Source: a virus (lineage: Duplodnaviria > Caudoviricetes). Taken from it: a DNA stretch of 61,725 bases. This document shows positions 56,038 to 61,725 of the stretch, one piece after another (the first letter of the stretch is position 1; each line of letters starts with the position of its first letter). The notes under the pieces were generated by a model. The model ran no database searches. It was not told the DNA's origin and was given only the letters and a program-made list of their open reading frames with translations. Location: positions 1 to 61,725 of IMG/VR virus record IMGVR_UViG_3300030376_007782, one strand, 5' to 3'. The translations under genes were made by a program, and so were the position numbers.

Positions 56038-56760
56038 GTGACAAGCAAGTTCAAAGACTTAATGGCGCAGCTTAACGACGAAGAAGTAACCGTCACAGCC
56101 CCTAATGGGTCTGCTTTGGCTAAGCAAGTCACTTTAAAAGACAAAAAGAAGCTTAGTGATCGCTATAACTTCAATCAAGGATGGTATGACGCGCTGTTAA
56201 ACACCGACGCAGTGCTTAACGAGGCTACTGAAGGCGAAGTCTTCCGTTTAGATCCTAAAGAAAAACGACAGATCGTCGAAATTGGTGTTTATGAAGGTGC
56301 ATCGACCTGTTTTTGGTCTGATTTCTACCTCGACCACCCAGAATCACGTCTGATTTCAATAGATCCCTTTACTGGGAGCTTTGAACACCATGAAAACCCT
56401 GAAAATTACCCTGAACTAGGCTGTATCGAATACACAGCACGGGGAAATGTTGCTAAATCTGATAACGCTGCGAAAGTCGAAATCATCAAAGGCTTTTCGT
56501 GGTTCGTATTCCAGGAACTGGTGCTCAGAAACGACACCGACCGCTGGATTGATGTTCTGTACATCGATGGAGCGCATGACTCTGCCTCTGTTGCGCGTGA
56601 TGTTGCTCTTTTCTGTCCTATGGTCAAGCCTGGTGGATTGGTAATCTTTGACGATTACGCACATCCAGATGTGCAACGTGCTGTGGATATGACACTCAAT
56701 GCATTTGCCACAGCTCAAAAAGCTATGTTTACTGGTTGGCAACTAGCAGTAAAGTTTTAG
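56038..56760 (+). CDS. class I SAM methyltransferase (Methyltransf_24-like)
   Basis: IVEIGVYEGAST, SIDPF, DVLYIDGAHD, VKPGGLVIFDDY; start set at GTG 56038. Confidence 0.9.
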   Translation: MTSKFKDLMAQLNDEEVTVTAPNGSALAKQVTLKDKKKLSDRYNFNQGWYDALLNTDAVLNEATEGEVFRLDPKEKRQIVEIGVYEGASTCFWSDFYLDHPESRLISIDPFTGSFEHHENPENYPELGCIEYTARGNVAKSDNAAKVEIIKGFSWFVFQELVLRNDTDRWIDVLYIDGAHDSASVARDVALFCPMVKPGGLVIFDDYAHPDVQRAVDMTLNAFATAQKAMFTGWQLAVKF

Positions 56761-56780
56761 TTTTTGGTTGAGGCATCAAG

Positions 56781-57051
56781 TGTTCCTGTTGATTGCTAAG
56801 GCGGTGGAATGTTCAGCAGTCAGGCTTTTATGAGAAGCTTCGTGAGAGCAGGAAAACGGGGTTTGCGTATACACTCCTCGGCTATGAGCACTTGTGTAAG
56901 ACCTCTACAAATTACTTGAGGGCTCGCGCTCCCCACAGTTTTTACAGCTTGCGGTAGTCACGGGCGTCGTTTCCAGACAAAGACCCCACCCTCCTCCATT
57001 ACTACGACGGTTTACGTCATGGCCTCGTTTTTTACCACACGGGGCTTTTTT
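56781..57051 (+). ncRNA. candidate structured non-coding RNA (~270 nt)
   Basis: Multiple nested helices with G-U pairs valid only on + strand; ends in terminator; no ORF >=60 aa. Confidence 0.5.
57022..57051 (+). terminator. Rho-independent terminator
   Basis: GCCTCGT / ACGGGGC stem followed by TTTTTT. Confidence 0.75.
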
Positions 57052-57260
57052 ATTTGCACAAAAAAACTTCCATCTGACGATCGGATTCTTGACAGTACTG
57101 TCGCGCTTTATAGACCCTGTACAAAATTTACACTTGTTCTATGACTTTACGCATTTACCTGGACCCCAGCTACATGGCAAAACCGCTATCGGTTCAAACC
57201 AAAACACTAACTCACACACCTCATACACAACCTGTAATACTTACATCCTTACAACCATCC

Positions 57261-57288
57261 TTGACTTTTATTGACTTAGCGGTAGTAT
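57261..57288 (+). promoter_or_regulatory. sigma70-type promoter
   Basis: TTGACT-N16-TAGTAT upstream of 57332. Confidence 0.5.
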
Positions 57289-57331
57289 GACCTGAGACCT
57301 TGGAGTACTCCAGGCTTACCGCACCATCACT

Positions 57332-57589
57332 ATGAAAAACATTCTACTATCTGTTGCCTTTATCTACGGTCTGGGCATGTCTGTTTACGGCCTTAGCTGG
57401 TACGGCAAAGACATGGCACAACTCAATGCCGCCGTGGTCAACGGCAATCAACACGTCGAACTACGCCATCGAATCAATACCTGGGGCAACGTAGGTACAA
57501 TTATGTTTGCTCAACTAATCGCAACTACTGCTTTGGTTGGTATGTCCCGATCTGTACAGACCCAGGAGCACCGAAAGGATAAGGATTAG
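57332..57589 (+). CDS. small two-TM membrane protein
   Basis: Two hydrophobic segments flanking ELRHRINTW. Confidence 0.65.
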   Translation: MKNILLSVAFIYGLGMSVYGLSWYGKDMAQLNAAVVNGNQHVELRHRINTWGNVGTIMFAQLIATTALVGMSRSVQTQEHRKDKD

Positions 57590-58196
57590 TCAACCCCGCA
57601 TCTTCTAGTTTCCGGTGAACTGCACTACCTGCCGAAATCGCTCGGCTAACTAAGTCCAGTTCTCCGCCTTCCTTATCTCGACCACTCACGGCTCGCAATC
57701 TATGCCATGCAGGAATATGGTTCGTACCAAACTCATCGTCAACAGTTACCACACCAGTTTCAGGATTAACGTTGGCGTAATACCGACCGATGTCTTTATT
57801 TCTGAAATCACGGCCTAACTCGTCATAAGCCTGTCGGTTGTCAATGCCCTCATTAAAAACAAGAGTATTACTCTCGGGATAAAACTTAGCTTCATCGATT
57901 GTCCGCTGATAAAACTCATTGCTTGCAGGGTTTTCCATGATTCTGAACGGTTGTCCAGCAGTTCCAAGCGTTGACTTCACAAACGCCGCGCCAGTCCTCG
58001 CTTCCGGGATAATGTCCGTAAACGGAATCGGAATAGCTCCCTTGTTTGGTATGTCTTGCAAATAGTCCATAATCTGCTCTCTGGTGACATCCAATGCTTC
58101 ACCAGCCATTCGAACAGAACCGCCAACATTATTTTGAAAGGTGTTGCCAACTTCAGTAGCTCTATCTCCTATATACCCAAGTAGATCAAAATCCAT
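57525..58196 (-). CDS. hypothetical protein (possible internal virion)
   Basis: 223 aa, contains VRMAGE. Confidence 0.6.
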   Translation of the reverse strand: MDFDLLGYIGDRATEVGNTFQNNVGGSVRMAGEALDVTREQIMDYLQDIPNKGAIPIPFTDIIPEARTGAAFVKSTLGTAGQPFRIMENPASNEFYQRTIDEAKFYPESNTLVFNEGIDNRQAYDELGRDFRNKDIGRYYANVNPETGVVTVDDEFGTNHIPAWHRLRAVSGRDKEGGELDLVSRAISAGSAVHRKLEDAGLTNPYPFGAPGSVQIGTYQPKQ

Positions 58197-58219
58197 AACT
58201 CAACCCAGTTAGGTAAAAC

Positions 58220-58471
58220 TTACAATTTAGATTCAGGCTCTTTTAAACCCATCAAACTAAGCGTAGTGGCAATAGCCACGCCAAACAAAGTTTCTGCTCG
58301 ACCTCCTAAATCTGGGCAAACTTGCTGCACGGAAGAGTTCTCAGAGTTGCCAATCTTGTCAGCACACTTATAAAAACTAAACCCAATCACAGCAAACTCG
58401 AAAACAAAAATTCCGACAAGAGTTCTTAGTAAAAAGACTTCTCGTCGGAACGGGGATCGCGGAGCAGCCAT
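58220..58471 (-). CDS. small two-TM membrane protein
   Basis: TM-C...C-TM pattern (RAETLFGVAIATTLSL). Confidence 0.65.
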   Translation of the reverse strand: MAAPRSPFRREVFLLRTLVGIFVFEFAVIGFSFYKCADKIGNSENSSVQQVCPDLGGRAETLFGVAIATTLSLMGLKEPESKL

Positions 58472-58474
58472 GCT

Positions 58475-58705
58475 TTAACGCATGCCACCGTATGGATCAA
58501 CCTGCATAGCACCACGGCCATACTGTTGCTCGTTACTACGAGGGTCTGTATACATTTCCATACCAGGACCGCCTTGGTTCATACGACCTTGAGCAGCAGC
58601 ACGAAGCGCATTAAGGATTTCGCCAGCCATACGACCAGTACTCATCTGTTCTCCACCACTACCGGTACGCAAATCCATACCAGGACCGCCTTGGTTCATG
58701 CCCAT
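58475..58705 (-). CDS. small Gly/Met-rich protein with duplicated MNQGGPGM
   Basis: DNA direct repeat ccataccaggaccgccttggttcat twice; contains RMAGE. Confidence 0.7.
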   Translation of the reverse strand: MGMNQGGPGMDLRTGSGGEQMSTGRMAGEILNALRAAAQGRMNQGGPGMEMYTDPRSNEQQYGRGAMQVDPYGGMR

Positions 58706-58744
58706 TGTATCTGCCTACAAAAAATGATTTAAATAAATTCTAAC

Positions 58745-59506
58745 TCAATAGTATCCAAACAAAACGCTATTAACGTCCTTACCAAACCTGAGAGCTTCCT
58801 CAGGATCCTTCTTCCTCAAACGATCGTACTCAGCGTTAATCTCGTTTTTAGAAAAATCTTGGTAGTTAGTCGCACCCTCACTGAGCAACATTTTCTTCAT
58901 TTCTTCCACGGGGGCTTCAGAAGCAACAGTAGAAGAAGGAGTTGCTACTACCTCTGCTGTAAGAGTAGGAGGATTGTTATTAGTTGGTCCTTTATCTGTT
59001 ATTGGCGAAGAGAGTGGAAGCAAACTAGCGTCACGCCGTGCGCGAGTCGTTAATGTCAATCCTTTGGCATCATCGCTAAGACTTAAAACAATATCATCAG
59101 GAGAAGGTACTTTAAATTCATGGTCGTAAGGTCCTGGAGCCGGATTTCCAAACGGATCGAATGTTGGGAAAGGATCTTCCTCACCCAGCTCCATACTTCT
59201 TTTTCGAGTAGCTTGCGCAGCAGCAGTTAGCTTCCCAGTATTTTCATCGTAAATTTGCGACCCGGCTCCCGCAGGTCTCCTGAGGTCAGCCCCGATAACT
59301 GTAGCCCCAAGCTTAGGAACAAGTCCACCTGGCATGGACAAACCTATTTGGGCTCCCTCTCTAATAGAAGGATCCGCCCCCAGATACTTTAAAAGCTGAT
59401 CAGCAACCTCACCATAAATAATCCCACCACGGACGCTATCGGGGTTTAAAATCCTGCCGGGGTTCTGATATATACGACGAACGTCTAAAAACTTAGGAAA
59501 TTCCAT
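58745..59506 (-). CDS. hypothetical protein (possible internal virion)
   Basis: C-term INAEYDRLRKKDPEEALRFG; TAGAAT -10 box upstream. Confidence 0.6.
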   Translation of the reverse strand: MEFPKFLDVRRIYQNPGRILNPDSVRGGIIYGEVADQLLKYLGADPSIREGAQIGLSMPGGLVPKLGATVIGADLRRPAGAGSQIYDENTGKLTAAAQATRKRSMELGEEDPFPTFDPFGNPAPGPYDHEFKVPSPDDIVLSLSDDAKGLTLTTRARRDASLLPLSSPITDKGPTNNNPPTLTAEVVATPSSTVASEAPVEEMKKMLLSEGATNYQDFSKNEINAEYDRLRKKDPEEALRFGKDVNSVLFGYY

Positions 59507-59529
59507 CTGCAACCCTCTGTAGATTAATT

Positions 59530-59604
59530 CTACCGTCCAAACAACAACTCAGTAATGCCGAAATCGCCAGAGTCTTGAGCCCTAGCTTCTCCTGCCAGAC
59601 GCAA
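59530..59604 (-). CDS. candidate 24-aa micro-protein (M/L)RLAGEARAQDSGDFGITELLFGR
   Basis: TTG start right after an in-frame TGA; carries RLAGE motif. Confidence 0.3.
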   Translation of the reverse strand: MRLAGEARAQDSGDFGITELLFGR

Positions 59605-59672
59605 TCAAAGGATGGTTGGCTTTTTCTCACCACGCTCAACTACTTTTCTGACTTTCCGAAAAATATATACCT

Positions 59673-59879
59673 TCACTTAGACGCATCATCACCTAACTGA
59701 AACGAAATCTCCATAAGGGCTGCTCTAAACATGTAACGCAAGCGCCTAAGTCGCACTTGTTCTTCTATATCGTCCCTAGAGCCAGCCCAGTTGGTGCAAT
59801 GGAACTCGATACTCTTAGCTAACTGTCGAACGTCGTCAACTTGAAGAGAAAAATCAACTGATGGCTTCTTTTTTCCCAT
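59673..59879 (-). CDS. hypothetical protein
   Basis: 68 aa; SIEFHCTNWAG...EQVRL...LME. Confidence 0.6.
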   Translation of the reverse strand: MGKKKPSVDFSLQVDDVRQLAKSIEFHCTNWAGSRDDIEEQVRLRRLRYMFRAALMEISFQLGDDASK

Positions 59880-59897
59880 TTTTTAACTCAAAAAGTG

Positions 59898-60647
59898 CTA
59901 GATAACGCTTTGCCCACCCTTAAAAGCTTCTGCAGCTCGTTTAGCAGCTTGATCTAAAACCAATCTAGTCCTCTGTTCTTCAGTTTGACCCGATCCGAGT
60001 GCTGCCATCATTTGATTCAAGCTTCGTTGCATGTCTTGTACCGCTTTACTGCTTGTTTCTTTCTGAGCTTGACCATTTGGTTCATATTCTCTAAGCAGCA
60101 GGGCTTCTTTTACGTCTTCCACGAGGGGAGGCGTTTGAGTCTCAGCACTGTAAAGTACTTCTCTCTCAGGAGAAATAGAAGGTGTAGCTACAGGAGCAGG
60201 GGTAGCAGCAGGAACTGGGGCAGTAGCTTGCATAAACTTCCCAGGATCCGTATGGAATAACTCAATCTCGTATGGTCGACCTTGCGCATCGGTGATCTTG
60301 GCTACGCCAACGCCGTTCTGTGAGTAGTACTCAGTGGCACCTTGTATATACAGAGGAACTCCTGCAGGTATCGCGTAGTCCTGTCCTTTATGAAATTTAG
60401 AAGCTCCGGGTATGTCGAGGTTGCGTGGTCCGTACCCCGATGTCATGGGGTACGAAGTAATTGATCGTCTGTTATCTCCATCCCCAGCAAAAATACGAGC
60501 TAATAACTCGGGACGAGTAGCAGGGTCGATGTGTTGACCACGCTGTTCCCCGTACATAGGGATAATCCTAAAATCACCATGCGCTGCAGACGTAGCAAAC
60601 CGATCTCTGCTGGGGTCAATAATCCTACCTACAGGGAGAAAATCCAC
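59898..60647 (-). CDS. virion-associated M23-like peptidase (circularly permuted)
   Basis: TSGYGPR...HKGQDY...LFH, with the normally C-terminal segment (TSAAHGDF...HIDP) at the N-terminus. Confidence 0.7.
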   Translation of the reverse strand: MDFLPVGRIIDPSRDRFATSAAHGDFRIIPMYGEQRGQHIDPATRPELLARIFAGDGDNRRSITSYPMTSGYGPRNLDIPGASKFHKGQDYAIPAGVPLYIQGATEYYSQNGVGVAKITDAQGRPYEIELFHTDPGKFMQATAPVPAATPAPVATPSISPEREVLYSAETQTPPLVEDVKEALLLREYEPNGQAQKETSSKAVQDMQRSLNQMMAALGSGQTEEQRTRLVLDQAAKRAAEAFKGGQSVI

Positions 60648-60683
60648 AGCTACGACTTTTCGTTATATCGATTCTACGTGAAT

Positions 60684-60977
60684 TTACAGAGTGGTTCTTC
60701 TTCTAGGCCACTCAATAAGACCGTCATCAATAGTTTCTATTCTTTCCGGTAAGTTTCTTACCGTCCCACGTGGGAAGAAGTGGTCTGCGTGACCACTTAC
60801 CTTCTGCTGTCGAGCTTGCTGCAGTAAAGCGCCCATCATATTTTCTACTTGAGAAGCACTGACGGGAATAGAACTCGTATGTGCGCGTGAATCAGGAGCA
60901 CCTAAGAATCCATAGTGCTCTACACGGTACGGAACATCTGGCCCTAGTAGTGCAGCGAGTTCACCTTTCAAGGCCAC
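60684..60977 (-). CDS. hypothetical protein
   Basis: 97-aa GTG ORF with TAGACT -10 box upstream. Confidence 0.55.
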   Translation of the reverse strand: MALKGELAALLGPDVPYRVEHYGFLGAPDSRAHTSSIPVSASQVENMMGALLQQARQQKVSGHADHFFPRGTVRNLPERIETIDDGLIEWPRRRTTL

Positions 60978-61089
60978 GACCTTTGAGTCTCTTAAGTCTA
61001 AGCCAGAAATTTTTCTAGAATCGTGTTACCATATTGCTATACCAACCTTTGAGGGTCAATTTACCTCCAAGATTCTGAGTATGTTCTCG

Positions 61090-61430
61090 CCGCCGCCGTG
61101 TAACTCTCTAAATAATTAAAAAAAAGGGGCAGTTTGCGGGGAGGAAAAGATTAATACATAGCACATGACTATATATAATAATATATAATCAATCACTATG
61201 TGTTACTAATACACAAGGATTACTATGTATTAATATCATATAGGGGGGACACTTTCTTTTTTTAAATGTTCCTATCACGTACCCCACTAAGTAACACTAA
61301 CTCCCTCCATAGTTTGTTATACATAGACCTGCTAATCTGTCGAGGTTAGGTATACCTATCATATGTTAAGTTTTATTACATTAACAATCACCCAGCGCAT
61401 TATATGTTATTGGATAACATCAACCGCATA
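61090..61430. other. AT-rich non-coding region with repeated CTATGT(A/G)TTA motifs (origin/terminus candidate)
   Basis: No ORFs, homopolymer runs, perfect 12-bp IR ATTAATACATAG (61150) / CTATGTATTAAT (61223). Confidence 0.5.
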
Positions 61431-61725
61431 GTGTTCAGGGTCCGTATCATGTTGCACCAGACTTGTCAAGCAATATAATCAGTTTCAGCACTGGCACAAT
61501 TGGGGTATCGCTAGGCCCCAATCTGAGCGATACTTTATTCAACCGAGAGGCACAGGAGCCAAACGCTCTCAAGCCAAACGGGACACCTAGAAAACTGAAT
61601 AAAGATCTCAGCACCGAACAATGGGGGATGGCGAATAAGTGCCACCATTGCCACGGCCTGTCGCGCATGACGGACGCCAGACTACATAAAGTTCTGCCGG
61701 TGTCGTCATAACTGAACCTAAGCGG

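Noticed and set aside
56795-56822. SRP RNA domain IV (AAGG...AGCAG)
   Set aside because: Lacks the GNRA-capped short stem geometry; resemblance is superficial
56858-56990. tRNA or tmRNA (GGGGTTT...AGACCCC-ACC acceptor-like stem)
   Set aside because: About 133 nt, no TTCGA T-loop or D-arm consensus, no encoded CCA; kept only as part of the unknown ncRNA
61447-61711. Short ORFs on both strands at the window end
   Set aside because: Mutually overlapping, with no motifs or RBS; cannot be supported
1-61725. Alternative genetic code or stop-codon reassignment
   Set aside because: Conserved genes are intact under code 11 and end in all three stop codons

Overview
The whole window is a segment of a tailed dsDNA phage genome, most likely a cyanophage. 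That host call is an inference from the lysozyme-C39 endolysin, the tail proteins and the -10-only promoters. The virion looks short-tailed/podovirus-like (no tape measure or sheath gene visible, many ejection-type proteins). No host genes, integrase, tRNA, rRNA or CRISPR array were found. Content: replication/nucleotide genes (PD-(D/E)XK nuclease, primase-D5 helicase, ThyX, two DNA-MTase-like proteins with altered catalytic motifs); lysis genes; small basic proteins; a tail/receptor-binding block with three paralogous beta-propeller proteins; Dps; major capsid protein, scaffold, portal and terminase; and glycosyltransferases and methyltransferases interleaved with the head genes. Most notable observations: (1) a 500-nt same-strand dual-coding overlap of portal and scaffold; (2) an R-[MLF]-A-G(E) motif in eight small orphan ORFs, including unannotated micro-ORFs, a candidate capsid-loading or maturation signal; (3) two distant cell-wall hydrolases (lambda-type lysozyme and circularly permuted M23) with a shared C-terminal domain ending F-x-x-G-x-S-V-I; (4) a ~270-nt G-U-rich structured ncRNA candidate with its own terminator; (5) an internal promoter and start in the primase-helicase; (6) a candidate virion glycosylation system with Ser-Gly-rich structural proteins. 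All functional calls come from motif recognition by eye; no database searches were run.
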